From: a virus
Direction: 5' to 3' (one strand)
Virus record (IMG/VR): IMGVR_UViG_3300028591_004246
Span: 1 to 64,000 of that record
Length of the DNA: 64,000 bases
In this document: positions 51,030 through 62,510 of the stretch, in pieces
Layout of the letters: each line of letters opens with the position of its first letter
Position numbering within the stretch: position 1 is the stretch's first letter
The notes under the pieces: model-generated
Databases searched by the model: none
Told to the model about the DNA's origin: nothing
What the model saw: only the letters and a program-made list of their open reading frames with translations
Made by a program: the position numbers and the translations under genes

Positions 51030-51398
51030 ATGCCTTACAGTATGAAACCAATAGTTGGAATAATTGGTAGTAGGTCAATTACAACTTTAAATTTAGATTT
51101 ATTTATAGATAAAACTCATGTTGGAGAAATAGTTAGTGGTGGAGCTAATGGTGTAGATAAAATTGCAGAAAATTGAGCTAAAAGAAATAAAATTGAATTT
51201 ATTGCAATGTTACCAAATTATGAATTATTAGGAAGTCATTGAGCTCCATTAAAAAGGGATGAAGATATCGTAGATTATTGTGATTTAATTATTTGTTTTT
51301 GAGATACTAAATCTTCTGGTAGTAAATATACTATGGATTATGCTTTAAAAACAGGTAAAAAAATTATTTTACATGAAATTATAGATAAGGAGAAATAA
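51030..51398 (+). CDS. DprA/SLOG-like Rossmann-fold protein (TGA-recoded)
   Basis: GIIGSRSI...VSGGANGVDKIAEN[TGA]A... Three in-frame TGA. Confidence 0.35.
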
Positions 51399-51400
51399 TT

Positions 51401-51592
51401 ATGCTTTTTGGAAATGCTATGGAATGTGCTCTTCTAAAAGTTGGACTTATTGACCATAAACGCAAACCTCGTATTCCTAAGATTCACACTTTTCCTTGCT
51501 ATAAATGTCAAGGAATTCTAGAAACTATTCCTTATACTAATGTAGCAGCTTGTCAAAATGAAAAGTGTAATAACAGGATTATTTTTAATTAG
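51401..51592 (+). CDS. zinc-ribbon small protein
   Basis: CYKCQG...CQNEKCN. Confidence 0.35.
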   Translation: MLFGNAMECALLKVGLIDHKRKPRIPKIHTFPCYKCQGILETIPYTNVAACQNEKCNNRIIFN

Positions 51593-51844
51593 TTTTTAAA
51601 CAGACCGTTAAAGTCGTTATGCAAAAGCTAGACTTAGTCTTGGTCAGACTCTTAGTTAATCAACTATACAGAGATTAATTAATGTTTGCTGCGGAAGGTA
51701 GAAAAGTTTAATTGTATAGAATTTAAAATAAGCCGCATAAAAACTTTTCTCGAAGGAAATTTCTTTTAAAGGTTTTTGAATAACATGCGCAGTTGGATAA
51801 TAAATGAAAAAACCTTTTTCAATCTATTTTAATGAAAGGTTAAA

Positions 51845-52033
51845 ATGTACGAAGAATATTATGATGAGTTTGAAGAATTTGATTCTTTTAAAAAAATTTC
51901 TCATCAAGTTCCAAAAGGTTTTAAAGAAAATAAACGTTATAAATCAAACCAAGATAAATATAAGGCTCGTCGCAAGGCAAAAACCCGAGAGAAAAAAAGA
52001 ATGATAGAAAATCAACAATCTTTTTATGAATAG
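51845..52033 (+). CDS. small basic protein
   Basis: Lys/Arg-rich. Confidence 0.3.
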   Translation: MYEEYYDEFEEFDSFKKISHQVPKGFKENKRYKSNQDKYKARRKAKTREKKRMIENQQSFYE

Positions 52034-52041
52034 AGGTTGTT

Positions 52042-52830
52042 ATGGAAAGTAGTATTAAAAAAAGAGTAAGTCAGCATTTGCGGGAAGCCATAGATAAAGA
52101 TGCTGTAACAGAAAAAGGTTGGTTTATTATAGCTCCATATGGCTCTATGAATTATGGCTTATATGATTATGATAGTGATGTAGATAGTAAAATTATTAAA
52201 GTTCCTAATATGCGGGAAATCATAAGAAATATAGGTTCACGTGGAAGCTTGACCCGCACACTTAATTTTAATAATGAAAAAATAGAAGTTAAAGATATAA
52301 GAGAATTTTCTCGTATTCTTAAAACAGGTTCTATTAATTTTATGGAAATTTTATTTTCAGACTATGTTCAAGTAAATTCTTTATATGAAGAAGAGTGGAA
52401 TTTACTTCGTAGTAGAAGAGAAGCTTTAGCCCGCGCATATCCTGAAAATACACTATCTTCTTCTCTTGGAATGGCTAAAACAAAATATCATAATTTAGAG
52501 AAACAAGATTATAATAATTGTAATTTAAAAGATTTTATGACTCTTATGAGATTAGAATTTTTTGTAAAAAATTATCTTGAAAAAGTTCCTTATAAAAAAT
52601 GTATTACTGTTGAAGATTTACCAAAAGTTCAAGAATTATGGCTAAAATTTAAACATCAAAAAACAATAAGTGCTGAGGGTTTTAATCGTATTTTATCAGA
52701 AGCTCAATTAATTGTTTCTAAAATAGCAAATATGATAGAAAATAGTGATATGACAACTGATTATTCTATGGATAATTTTATATATGATATTAATAATAAA
52801 TTAATTTTAAAGAGAATTAAGGAGACTTAA
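52042..52830 (+). CDS. Pol-beta-superfamily nucleotidyltransferase
   Basis: GS...DxD motif: APYGSMNYGLYDYDSDVDS. Confidence 0.45.
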   Translation: MESSIKKRVSQHLREAIDKDAVTEKGWFIIAPYGSMNYGLYDYDSDVDSKIIKVPNMREIIRNIGSRGSLTRTLNFNNEKIEVKDIREFSRILKTGSINFMEILFSDYVQVNSLYEEEWNLLRSRREALARAYPENTLSSSLGMAKTKYHNLEKQDYNNCNLKDFMTLMRLEFFVKNYLEKVPYKKCITVEDLPKVQELWLKFKHQKTISAEGFNRILSEAQLIVSKIANMIENSDMTTDYSMDNFIYDINNKLILKRIKET

Positions 52831-53271
52831 GTGAAAAATCAAATTCTAAAAGATTTTTGGGATGCAGAAAATGGAATTTGTGAACTAGTTGTACTAAATA
52901 AATGGGGAAAATTTTCCGCTAAAACAATTTGTTCAAAAGAAGATAAAGATGTTCTTAGTTATTGGACTGGAATTCATCTTTGTGAATATAAAATTTTAAT
53001 TAAAACTCTTCAAGCAAAAGCTTTAGCATTTGATCAGCGAGTTATTGGTATTAAACATGCTATTAATGTTTTACAAAATATTGATTCTCAAGCTAAATGG
53101 TGCGCAAAAACAAATGGAGATAGCTATTTTAATCTTTGGTGCTGTGTAGAAGCTACTGAACTAGAAGCTAAAAAAATTCGTGCTAAAATTAAAGAACTTA
53201 AAGAGGGCTATCCTGTCTATGCAGAGCATTTAATTAATTCTAAGAGAGAAATCTCAAATAAAAATTATTAA
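52831..53271 (+). CDS. hypothetical protein
   Basis: GTG start after aaggagactta. Confidence 0.4.
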   Translation: MKNQILKDFWDAENGICELVVLNKWGKFSAKTICSKEDKDVLSYWTGIHLCEYKILIKTLQAKALAFDQRVIGIKHAINVLQNIDSQAKWCAKTNGDSYFNLWCCVEATELEAKKIRAKIKELKEGYPVYAEHLINSKREISNKNY

Positions 53272-53284
53272 AAAGGAGTTTGAA

Positions 53285-54055
53285 ATGAGTGGTCGTATTT
53301 TTGTAGTAGCTGATATTCATGGTTCTGCGGCCGTAGTTAAAAATATTATTTCTTTAATTGGTAATCCAACATCAGATGATATTATTATTGTTGCTGGAGA
53401 TGCTGGTTTTGAGTATGGTAAACATGTTATGGGTTCTGCAAAAAGGGCTGCTCATAAATTTGTTGGTAAATGGATTGTTATGAGGGGTAATCATGACAAC
53501 TGTTATCAAAATAATCATGCTCATTGGAATGAGGAAAAACAAAATTATGATTTAGATACTGGATGGTCTTGGGCAGAAGATGGATATTCTTTATATCAGA
53601 ATAGATATCCTAATATTTTATATATTCCTGATAGTGGAGGAATTTTAAAAATTAAAGATTTTAATTTTCTTTTTTGTCCAGGAGCTTATTCTGTAGATAA
53701 AATGTATCGTTTAAGAATGGATTATCCTTATAATTCTAATGAACAACTATCTATAGAAGATATGAATAAACTAATTGATATTGTTAAAGACTGGAATAAA
53801 AATGGCTTCGATATTGATTATGTAATTGGACATACTTTCCCACTTTATTTAGAACGTTATTATCGTGATTTATTTATGTCTAGTATTTCTCAAACTTCCG
53901 TAGATAAAACTACAGAAAAGTGGTTAAATATTATTAGTGAAGAATATGAAAGGAATCCCGCTTTTAAACAATATTATGGTGGACATTTTCATGATTCTCG
54001 CATTCTAGATGATAAATATACTATGGTTTATCAAATTCCAATTCAAATTGTTTAA
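53285..54055 (+). CDS. metallophosphoesterase
   Basis: DIHGS, GDAG and GNHDN motifs. Confidence 0.55.
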   Translation: MSGRIFVVADIHGSAAVVKNIISLIGNPTSDDIIIVAGDAGFEYGKHVMGSAKRAAHKFVGKWIVMRGNHDNCYQNNHAHWNEEKQNYDLDTGWSWAEDGYSLYQNRYPNILYIPDSGGILKIKDFNFLFCPGAYSVDKMYRLRMDYPYNSNEQLSIEDMNKLIDIVKDWNKNGFDIDYVIGHTFPLYLERYYRDLFMSSISQTSVDKTTEKWLNIISEEYERNPAFKQYYGGHFHDSRILDDKYTMVYQIPIQIV

Positions 54056-54165
54056 ACCTTCTTTCTAATGGTCTAAATTTCATTGAATTTAGACCATTTT
54101 TCTTTTGACAGTTATTAAAATTTTTTGATATAATATAAATAAAGAGAAAGAGAGGTGTTAATAAT

Positions 54166-56076
54166 TTGAATAATTTTTATAAAAATGACTCAATTGAATC
54201 ACTTACTCCACGAGAGCATGTTAGACTTCGTCCAGGAATGTATGCGGGAGATACTAGTGATGCAACACAACTTGCAATAGAAATCTTAGGAAATTCTATT
54301 GATGAATTTAATATTGGTCATGGAGATTTAATCGAAATTTATATAAATCCAGATTGGATTGATGAACAGAATGTTATTCTAATTCGTGATCATGGTCAGG
54401 GATTCCCAATAAATGTTCAACGAGATGATGGAGAAACAGTTCTTCAAGCTTCTTTTGATGTTATTAATACTTCTGGTAAATATCGTGATGATGGTGTGTA
54501 TGAAGGAACAGCAATTGGTTTAAATGGAATTGGAGCAAAATTAACTAATTTTCTTTCTCATAAGTTAAATGTAGTTTCTTATGATAATGAAGGTAATTTT
54601 GAATCTATCTTTTTTACAGAAGGAATTTTTGAAAAAAGAGAAACAGGAAAATTAATTCATGCTTCTGGCACAGAAGTAGCTTTTATTCCTAGCGAAGAAT
54701 TCTTTACTTCACCTATGGTAAATGAGAAGAAATTAAGAGATTTTTGTGAAGATATTACTTGTTTATGTGAAGGTCTTACTATTATTTTTAATAATGAGAC
54801 TATTAAGCATGAAAATGGTATTCAAGATTTATTAATTAAACATCTTGGTAAAGAAATTGAAATCCTTAATAATCCATTATTTATCCAAGAGAGAAAGAAC
54901 AAACAAGCTATTTCATTAGGATTAACTTATACAAGTAAAGGTTCTTCTACTATTATTCCTTATGTTAATTGTGGATTAACATCATCTGGCCCGCATATTA
55001 CAGCTATTAAATCAACAATTACACGTGTTTTAAATAAATGGGCAAAAGAACAAGGAATATTAAAAGCTAAAGATAAAAATTTAGACGGTTCTTCTCTTCA
55101 AGAAGGAATGATTTTAGTTGCTAATATTACAGCAGAAAATGTAGCTTATAATGCTCAAATTAAATCTACAATTACTAAAATTGATACTAGTTTTATAAAT
55201 ACTATCCTTGCGGAGCAGCTTGAAATTTGGCTTGATAATAATATTGAAGATGGCACTAAAATTATTGAAAAAGCTCTTATAGCTCGTAAAGCCGCAGAAG
55301 CTGCTAAGAAAGCTAGAGAACAAGTTAAAAATAAAGCAAATAAATCTGAAAAAAAGAAAAATATTCAGTTACCTACAACTTTAACAGATTGTTGGAATAA
55401 AGATAGAACAAAATGTGAATTATTAATTTGCGAGGGTAAGTCAGCTGCATCTGGATTAGTAGCAGCTAGAGACAGCGAAACACAAGCAGTTTATGGTGTT
55501 AGAGGAAAAATGTTAAGTGTTTTAAAGACAGCTCCCGCGAATATTTATAAAAATAAGGAAATTAATAATTTAGTTCAAGCTCTTGGATTGGCTGTTAATC
55601 CTGCTAATTGTAAATTAACATATGATGCATCTAAACTTCGTTATGGAAAGATTATAGCTTGTGCGGATGCAGATCCAGATGGGTCAGCTATTGAAAATCT
55701 ACTTTTTAATATTTTATGGTATATGTGCCCAGAATTAATAATTAATGGTCATGTTTATTCGGCAGTACCACCTCTTTATAAGGTAATTACCAATAAGAAT
55801 GAGTATATTTATCTTAAAGGCGATAAAGAATTAAAAGAATGCCAACAAGTTTGTACTATTAAGACGATAAATCGTTTAAAGGGACTTGGCGAAATGGATT
55901 CAACAGAACTTAATGAAACTCTATTAGATCCTGCCACAAGACAAGTTTTACAACTTGAAGTAAAAGATTTTAAAGAAACTGATAAAATTTTTACAGATCT
56001 TTATGGTAAAGTAGTTGAACCAAGAATTAAATTCTTACAAGAGCATGGAGAGGAAGCGAGAGCTGATTATGAATAG
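54166..56076 (+). CDS. type II DNA topoisomerase, ATPase/TOPRIM subunit (GyrB / T4 gp39-like)
   Basis: LTPREHVRLRPGMYAGDT near the N-terminus. CEGKSAASG (TOPRIM). Confidence 0.6.
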   Translation: MNNFYKNDSIESLTPREHVRLRPGMYAGDTSDATQLAIEILGNSIDEFNIGHGDLIEIYINPDWIDEQNVILIRDHGQGFPINVQRDDGETVLQASFDVINTSGKYRDDGVYEGTAIGLNGIGAKLTNFLSHKLNVVSYDNEGNFESIFFTEGIFEKRETGKLIHASGTEVAFIPSEEFFTSPMVNEKKLRDFCEDITCLCEGLTIIFNNETIKHENGIQDLLIKHLGKEIEILNNPLFIQERKNKQAISLGLTYTSKGSSTIIPYVNCGLTSSGPHITAIKSTITRVLNKWAKEQGILKAKDKNLDGSSLQEGMILVANITAENVAYNAQIKSTITKIDTSFINTILAEQLEIWLDNNIEDGTKIIEKALIARKAAEAAKKAREQVKNKANKSEKKKNIQLPTTLTDCWNKDRTKCELLICEGKSAASGLVAARDSETQAVYGVRGKMLSVLKTAPANIYKNKEINNLVQALGLAVNPANCKLTYDASKLRYGKIIACADADPDGSAIENLLFNILWYMCPELIINGHVYSAVPPLYKVITNKNEYIYLKGDKELKECQQVCTIKTINRLKGLGEMDSTELNETLLDPATRQVLQLEVKDFKETDKIFTDLYGKVVEPRIKFLQEHGEEARADYE

Positions 56077-58168
56077 TATTAATGTTATTTCAGAGATTTC
56101 TCAAAACTTTCTTGACTCATCTCTTGAAACGAATATGAATAGAGCTTTTCCAAATATTCTTGATGGATTGAAACCTGGTCAACGCGCTTGTATTTGGGAA
56201 ATGTATATAAAGAAGTATACAAGTAAAAAACCTCATGTAAAATCTGCTAAGGTAAGTGGTGGTGTTATTGCTGATTTATGGCCACATTCCGACGTAGCTA
56301 TTTATGAAACTTTTGCTCGTATGTCTCAACCATTTATTAATAATATTCCTGAAATTGATTGGCATGGAGCAAATGGTAATCCTATTCTTGGTGGAGATGC
56401 TTTAGCAAATCAACGTTATACTGAATGTCGTTTAGCAGCTATTACAGAAGATGGTATGCTTCAAGGAATTAATAAAAATAATGTAGATATGATTCCTAAT
56501 TTTAGTGAAGATGCTAAATGGCCTAAAGTATTACCATCAGTCTTTCCTCGCCTTCTTGTTAATGGAGCACAAGGAATTGGAGTATCACTATCAAATACTT
56601 GGCTTTGTCATAATTTTACCGAAACAGCTCAATTAATTTTTGATTATATCCGCACAGGAATTGTAGATAATGATAATTATTATCCTGATTTTCCAACAGG
56701 TGGAATTATCATAAATAAAGAAGATTTACCTAAAATTAATAAAACTGGTAAAGGTAAAGTTATTGTTGAAAGTAAATATACTATTAATGGAAATGAAATT
56801 AATTTTTCAGAACTCCCTTATCAAGTATATATTGAACCAGTAATTGATGAAATTAAAAAAGGAATCCAAGAGGATAAGATTACTGGAATTCAAGAAATCT
56901 ATAATAAATCTGATAAAAATAGAATTCTTTTAACTATTGAGTGTGAAAATAATTACAACCCAGAACAAGTAGTTCTTCAATTATTTGAAAATACTAATCT
57001 TCGTAAACAATATAATGCTAATCAAAATGGTATTATTAGTAAAACTCCAATTATGATTACTCTTGAGCAATATCTTCAAGAATATGTTAAACATAATCTT
57101 AATTGTATTAAAAGAGAATTTCAATATGATTTAGATGAAACAAATGAAAAAATTGAAATTCTTGAGGGACTAGTTAAAGCTTTAGAAGATATTGATAATA
57201 TTATTCAAACAATTAAACAAAGTAAAAATACTTCAGAAGCAAAAATTAATTTAATTAATAAATTTAATTTTACAGAATTACAAGCAGATGCAATTCTTAA
57301 AATGAGACTTAGTAAATTAGCAAATATGGAAAAAATTGCTATTAATAATGAGCTCCAAGAGAAAAAGGAATTTGCATTATATTGTGCGGGAATTGTTGAA
57401 TCAACAAATAAACAAAAAGAAATTCTAATTAATAGATTAGAAGAACTTGTTAAAAAATATGGAGACAAGCGCCGCACACAAGTAATTCAAAAAGAAATTG
57501 CTTCTAAAGATAAAAAGAAAAAAGAAAAAATTGTTAAAGATGTAGTTATTACTTATGATGAAAAAGGTTATTTACAAAATATTCCTATTTCTGCATATAA
57601 GAAAATTGGAACTAAAGTAAATGTTCTTAAAATGAAGTCAAATGAATTATTTTTACTTTTCTCTTCTCTTGGACGAATTTTTAAAGTAAGAGCAGAAGAG
57701 GTTAAAGAATGCGGGAATCGAGATAAAGGTCAAGCAGTTGGAACTATTTTAAGCCTTGCTCCACAAGAAAAGATTCTAAATATTTTTAATATGGGAATAG
57801 ATAAAAAACATCCTTATATTATTTTCTTTACTAAATATGGTTTAGTAAAAAAGAGTGATAAAAATATTTGGACTACAACAACTCAAAATAAAAAGGGAAT
57901 GAAAGGAATTTCTCTTAAAGAAAATGATTCTATTGTAGGAGTCTTTGAAAGTAATGGAGATTTAGCGGTTGTTAAAAGTAAAACTCATATTATTAAATTT
58001 GAAGTAGAATCTATTAGAGCTACTAAAAATGGATATGGAGTAAAAGCTATCTCTCTTGATGAGGATGATATAGTAGAAAAAGTAGAAATTATTCCTAAAA
58101 ATTCTATTAAATATAATAATATTAAAGTTCAAAATCGTGGCGGTAGAGGAGTTCTTATTCATGTCTAG
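56069..58168 (+). CDS. type II DNA topoisomerase, DNA-cleavage subunit (GyrA / T4 gp52-like)
   Basis: RAFPNILDGLKPGQRACIWEM. ATG at 56069 after ggagagg. Confidence 0.55.
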   Translation: MNSINVISEISQNFLDSSLETNMNRAFPNILDGLKPGQRACIWEMYIKKYTSKKPHVKSAKVSGGVIADLWPHSDVAIYETFARMSQPFINNIPEIDWHGANGNPILGGDALANQRYTECRLAAITEDGMLQGINKNNVDMIPNFSEDAKWPKVLPSVFPRLLVNGAQGIGVSLSNTWLCHNFTETAQLIFDYIRTGIVDNDNYYPDFPTGGIIINKEDLPKINKTGKGKVIVESKYTINGNEINFSELPYQVYIEPVIDEIKKGIQEDKITGIQEIYNKSDKNRILLTIECENNYNPEQVVLQLFENTNLRKQYNANQNGIISKTPIMITLEQYLQEYVKHNLNCIKREFQYDLDETNEKIEILEGLVKALEDIDNIIQTIKQSKNTSEAKINLINKFNFTELQADAILKMRLSKLANMEKIAINNELQEKKEFALYCAGIVESTNKQKEILINRLEELVKKYGDKRRTQVIQKEIASKDKKKKEKIVKDVVITYDEKGYLQNIPISAYKKIGTKVNVLKMKSNELFLLFSSLGRIFKVRAEEVKECGNRDKGQAVGTILSLAPQEKILNIFNMGIDKKHPYIIFFTKYGLVKKSDKNIWTTTTQNKKGMKGISLKENDSIVGVFESNGDLAVVKSKTHIIKFEVESIRATKNGYGVKAISLDEDDIVEKVEIIPKNSIKYNNIKVQNRGGRGVLIHV

Positions 58169-59303
58169 TTTATATCCAGAATCTTGGCAAATTCCACCTA
58201 TGAAATATTGCTCTAAAGCATCTGATAAAGCCGCAAGACAAGCTTTTGAATCAGGTGACTTTGTTATGCAAGAAAAATATGATGGAGCTTTATATCAATT
58301 AGAGAAAACTGATTCTGGATATATTTATTTATTTTCTAGAACAAAATCTCGTAAAACAGGAGAGCTTGTAGAAAAGTCTGATAACTTTCCTCATATTAAG
58401 AAATGGGCTGAATGGGCTATTCCAAATGGAACTATTCTCATAGGTGAAATTTATGTAGAAGGTGGACATTCTAACGATGTAACTAAATTATCTGGATGTT
58501 TACCTCAGAATGCAGTTAAACGTCAGTTTGATTCAAATGAATATGGTGGTCCTGTAAAATATAAAGTATTTGATATTATTAGATTTGCAGGAGAAGATAT
58601 TCAAAATAAACCAACTATTGAAAGAATTAATAATTATTTAAATAATACTAGTTTAGACTATTCTTTTTCTGATAAGTATGTACAAAGAGTAACTACTTAT
58701 TATGATAATTTTGAAGAACGACTTCAACAAATTTTTAAAAATGGTGGAGAAGGTGCTGTTTTTAAAAACAAAAATTGCCCTTATCGCGCGGGAAAACGTT
58801 CAACTGTATCTCAAGCTTTTAAGTGGAAGCAACATTTAGATTCTGTTGATTTAATTTGTATTGGACTTGAAGATCCAATCATAGAATATACTGGTAAAGA
58901 AATTGATACTTGGCCATATTGGTATAGTTTTACAACTGATCATTTTTATAAATGGGAATTTGATAAAAATAATCCCACATCGGCTCCATATAGCTTTGAT
59001 GATGTTCCTGATATAGAACCGGTAACTAAGCCATTTTTTTACGGATGGAAAAATTCTATGTCTCTTGGATGTTATAAGAATGGAGAAATTGTTTATGTTG
59101 GTAAGGTAGCATCGGGATTAACTGATAGTATGCGGCAAGATATGGCAGAGCATCCAAAAAATTATCTTAATAGAGTTATTCAGGTAAGTTGTATGTCTGT
59201 AGATCCTAAAGAAGGAACATTGAGACATCCAGTATTTGAACAGATACGTAAAGATAAAAATCCAGAAGATTGTATTTATAAAGAAATTTTCAATGTTAAG
59301 TAA
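58161..59303 (+). CDS. ATP-dependent DNA ligase
   Basis: KYDGALYQL (KxDG), then GGEGAVFKN. Confidence 0.5.
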   Translation: MSSLYPESWQIPPMKYCSKASDKAARQAFESGDFVMQEKYDGALYQLEKTDSGYIYLFSRTKSRKTGELVEKSDNFPHIKKWAEWAIPNGTILIGEIYVEGGHSNDVTKLSGCLPQNAVKRQFDSNEYGGPVKYKVFDIIRFAGEDIQNKPTIERINNYLNNTSLDYSFSDKYVQRVTTYYDNFEERLQQIFKNGGEGAVFKNKNCPYRAGKRSTVSQAFKWKQHLDSVDLICIGLEDPIIEYTGKEIDTWPYWYSFTTDHFYKWEFDKNNPTSAPYSFDDVPDIEPVTKPFFYGWKNSMSLGCYKNGEIVYVGKVASGLTDSMRQDMAEHPKNYLNRVIQVSCMSVDPKEGTLRHPVFEQIRKDKNPEDCIYKEIFNVK

Positions 59304-59379
59304 AAATAATTATTGGCAACAAGGTTAAAAATAGGTTATAATAATATAAAGTAAAAGTTAAGAGATAAAAGGAGTTTAT

Positions 59380-59625
59380 ATGATTTCAATTGATGAGGTA
59401 CGTAATATTACCCCTGACCCGAAAGCTCTTATTAGTGATGAACTTATTAATGAGCTAATGGATGAAATTGACGAGAAGATTAAGGTTGAAGCACATAAGG
59501 GTAATACCCGTGCTTGTTCTCGTCAGGTTAAACAAGCAGTAGGTGAAATTCTTGTAGAACGTTATGCTGCTGGTGGTTATAATGCAAAAATTCTTGGCAA
59601 TCATACAGTAGAAATTAGTTGGTAA
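59380..59625 (+). CDS. hypothetical protein
   Basis: RBS aaaggagtt. Confidence 0.4.
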   Translation: MISIDEVRNITPDPKALISDELINELMDEIDEKIKVEAHKGNTRACSRQVKQAVGEILVERYAAGGYNAKILGNHTVEISW

Positions 59626-59715
59626 AAAAAGTTTTTGACAGCATTATAAAAATATAATAAAATATAAATTGAAAAAAAGAGAATAATCTCAAAGAATGAA
59701 ACAAAGGAGAAATAA

Positions 59716-59983
59716 AATGGCTAAATATTTTTCAGATAACGCTAAGACTGTTGTAACCTTCCTTCGTGAGCATCAGGGTGTTGACCTTGTTCAGAATGAT
59801 ATCGCTGATGCAACTGGAATTGCTCGTCGTTCAATGACTGGTCTTATTAATTCTCTAGTTAAGAAGGACGTTGCTGTTCGTGATGAGGTTGAAATTGCAG
59901 AGGGTAAGACTGTTAAATATGTTCGTCTTACTGACCTTGGTATGACTATTGATCTTGATATGGATAAACCTGTTAAAGCTTAG
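59716..59983 (+). CDS. winged-helix DNA-binding protein (putative regulator)
   Basis: RBS aaaggaga. GC-richer than its neighbours. IADATGIARRSMTGLINSLVKKDV is a likely recognition helix. Confidence 0.4.
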
Positions 59984-60082
59984 TATTTATTCTAAAAATT
60001 AATAAAGAGATATAGAAATATATCTCTTTATTTTAGTTCTTAAGACTGAAAAATTTTATAAAAATAAGGAGAATAAATATTT

Positions 60083-61048
60083 ATGAAACAAAATTTTATT
60101 AATAATGTTGAAATTAGAGGATATGTTTTTAGTCATAGTCTTCAAGAACGTGTAACAGGAGCAACTGCAAAACAGCCTAATACAACTTTTATTATGGGTG
60201 ATGTAAATATTGCTACTGATAATCAAGGAATGAATATTGTTCCTGTACATTTTACTTATGTAACTGAAACTTTTGCCAAGAGTGGTAAAAAGAATGCTAC
60301 TTTTGATAATCTACGTCAGATTATTAATAATGCTAAAACTTTTGAAACAGATGGTACTAATGCCGCAAAAGTTCGTATCACTGGACAAATTGAACTTAAT
60401 GATTTTTATACTCGTCAAGGAGAGCTTGCTTCACCTAAGCGTGTGCGGGGAAGCTTCCTACATTTTCTTAATGCAGGAGAAACTATTGTTGATGATGTAA
60501 ACAATACACTCTTTGATGTTGACTTTCTTGCTCTCGCTACCATTGAGCATGAGTATGAAGATAATCCCCAACAAAACTATTTAGAGCTTAAAGGTTTTGC
60601 TTTTGATTATCGTGGAGCTGTACTCCCAATGAGTTTTTCAGTTTCAAATAAACCTGGTCAAACTTTTTTCCAAAAAGAAGATATTAGTCAAACAAATCCT
60701 TATTTTGGAACCCTTCATGGAAATATTAAATCTACAACTATTGAAATTACTCCAGATGTAGATGAAAGTCAAATGGGATTTGGTCAAGTAGTAGTTCGTC
60801 CAACTACTAGAACTTTCCGTTCTTGGGAAATTGTTGCAGCTAACATTAACGAGGGTGTTTCAGAAGATACTATTACTCCTGATGAACTTTCTCAAGGATT
60901 AGCTAATCGAGAAACTTATCTTGCTGAAATTAAAAAGCGCCAAGAGGAATATCAGAAAAGTCAAGCTGGTAATGCGGGATTCCCAAGCGGTTCTCAAGGA
61001 AATCAAGGGGCTCAAACTTTAGGTCAAATGGGTGGCTTTAAGTTTTAA
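60083..61048 (+). CDS. putative ssDNA-binding protein
   Basis: 321 aa ORF immediately upstream of the Sak4-like ATPase. Gly/Gln-rich tail. This is a weak, context-based call. Confidence 0.3.
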   Translation: MKQNFINNVEIRGYVFSHSLQERVTGATAKQPNTTFIMGDVNIATDNQGMNIVPVHFTYVTETFAKSGKKNATFDNLRQIINNAKTFETDGTNAAKVRITGQIELNDFYTRQGELASPKRVRGSFLHFLNAGETIVDDVNNTLFDVDFLALATIEHEYEDNPQQNYLELKGFAFDYRGAVLPMSFSVSNKPGQTFFQKEDISQTNPYFGTLHGNIKSTTIEITPDVDESQMGFGQVVVRPTTRTFRSWEIVAANINEGVSEDTITPDELSQGLANRETYLAEIKKRQEEYQKSQAGNAGFPSGSQGNQGAQTLGQMGGFKF

Positions 61049-61064
61049 TCGAAAGGAGTAATAA

Positions 61065-62063
61065 ATGGCTGTTGATATTTTTGGAATTACTCCTCACAAA
61101 GTTAGTCGAGATCTTAAGGGATATACGGTGCTATTTTATGGAGCACCAAAGACAGGTAAGACAACTATTGCATCTCAATTTGATAAAGCTCTATTATTAG
61201 CTTTTGAGGTTGGTTATTTAGCTCTTCCTGGTGTTATGGCACAACCTATTAATTATTGGTCAGATTTTAAACAAGTACTTCGTCAGTTAAAAGAAGATCA
61301 AGCTCATGAAATGTTTTCAAATATTATTATAGATACGGCAGATATTGCTTATGATCTTTGTGAAAAGTTTATTTGTAGTCAAAATAGTGTCAGTTCAATA
61401 GGTGATATGCCTTATGGCGCTGGTTATGCAAAAGTTTCTAAGGAATTTGATGAAGCTTTACGACAAATTCCGCAAATGGGATATGGATTAATTATTATTT
61501 CTCATTCTCAAGATAAAGTTTTTAAAGATGAAAATGGGAAAGAATTTAATCAAATTGTTCCAACTCTTGGAACTCGTCCTCGTTTAATTGTAGATAGGAT
61601 GTCAGATATTATCGGTTTTGCTCATCCTGAATTAGATGAAGAAGGTAATACTAGAACAGCTCTTTATCTACGTGGTACTCCTAGATTTATTGCTGGTAGT
61701 CGTTTTAAATATATTAAACCAGTAATTGAATTTACTTATGATAATCTTGTAGACGCTATTCATGACGCTATCGATAAAGAAGCAGAAGAACATGAGGGAA
61801 AACTTGTTGTTGATTCTGCTGAAAGAGTTACAGTAGAAGAAATTGATTATGATGCTTGTATTGAAAAATTTAATCAATTAGTAAATAAACTTCAAGAAGT
61901 TAGTGGAGCTGAATTTGGTAATCGTTGGGCTGGTAAAATTATTGAATTAACTGACAAGTATCTTGGTAAAGGTAAAAAGATTACAGAAACAACTTCAGAA
62001 CAAGCAGAACAAGTATATCTAATTGTTACTGATCTTGAAGATGAAATGAAGAAATATCTATAA
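61065..62063 (+). CDS. Sak4-like (AAA_24) recombination ATPase
   Basis: VLFYGAPKTGKTT (Walker A) and LIIISHSQDK. Confidence 0.5.
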   Translation: MAVDIFGITPHKVSRDLKGYTVLFYGAPKTGKTTIASQFDKALLLAFEVGYLALPGVMAQPINYWSDFKQVLRQLKEDQAHEMFSNIIIDTADIAYDLCEKFICSQNSVSSIGDMPYGAGYAKVSKEFDEALRQIPQMGYGLIIISHSQDKVFKDENGKEFNQIVPTLGTRPRLIVDRMSDIIGFAHPELDEEGNTRTALYLRGTPRFIAGSRFKYIKPVIEFTYDNLVDAIHDAIDKEAEEHEGKLVVDSAERVTVEEIDYDACIEKFNQLVNKLQEVSGAEFGNRWAGKIIELTDKYLGKGKKITETTSEQAEQVYLIVTDLEDEMKKYL

Positions 62064-62077
62064 AGTTTAAAATAGAA

Positions 62078-62118
62078 AGGATAGGAAAATAAAATAAATT
62101 TTTCCTATCCTTTTTTTT
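62078..62118 (+). terminator. rho-independent terminator
   Basis: aggataggaaaa...tttttcctatcc followed by tttttttt. Confidence 0.6.
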
Positions 62119-62135
62119 AATATAAAAGGAATTTT

Positions 62136-62507
62136 ATGAATAGACGTCAACTGTTAGATAAAATTAGAACTCATTATCTTAAAGATTATTATAATTATAA
62201 TAAGGTAAGTTCCCAATTAAAAAGATATGAAGAACAAGGATTTAGTTATGATACAATAAACGATATCTTACATTATTGGTATGATATTAAAAAAGAAAAA
62301 CCTGAAAAATCTAATGGTGGAATTGCTATTATTGAATATATTTTAGTAGAGTATAATAATTGGAAAAAAAGCCAAGAGGAACAAGAAAAAACAATAAAGT
62401 TAATTAAACAAAACATTAATAAGTTAAATTATAAAGAAAAAGAATACACAGTTAATCCAACTCCAATTAAAAGGCCTCTGCATTTAAAATTATTTAATTT
62501 AGAATAA
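62136..62507 (+). CDS. hypothetical protein
   Basis: ORF. Confidence 0.4.
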   Translation: MNRRQLLDKIRTHYLKDYYNYNKVSSQLKRYEEQGFSYDTINDILHYWYDIKKEKPEKSNGGIAIIEYILVEYNNWKKSQEEQEKTIKLIKQNINKLNYKEKEYTVNPTPIKRPLHLKLFNLE

Positions 62508-62510
62508 GAG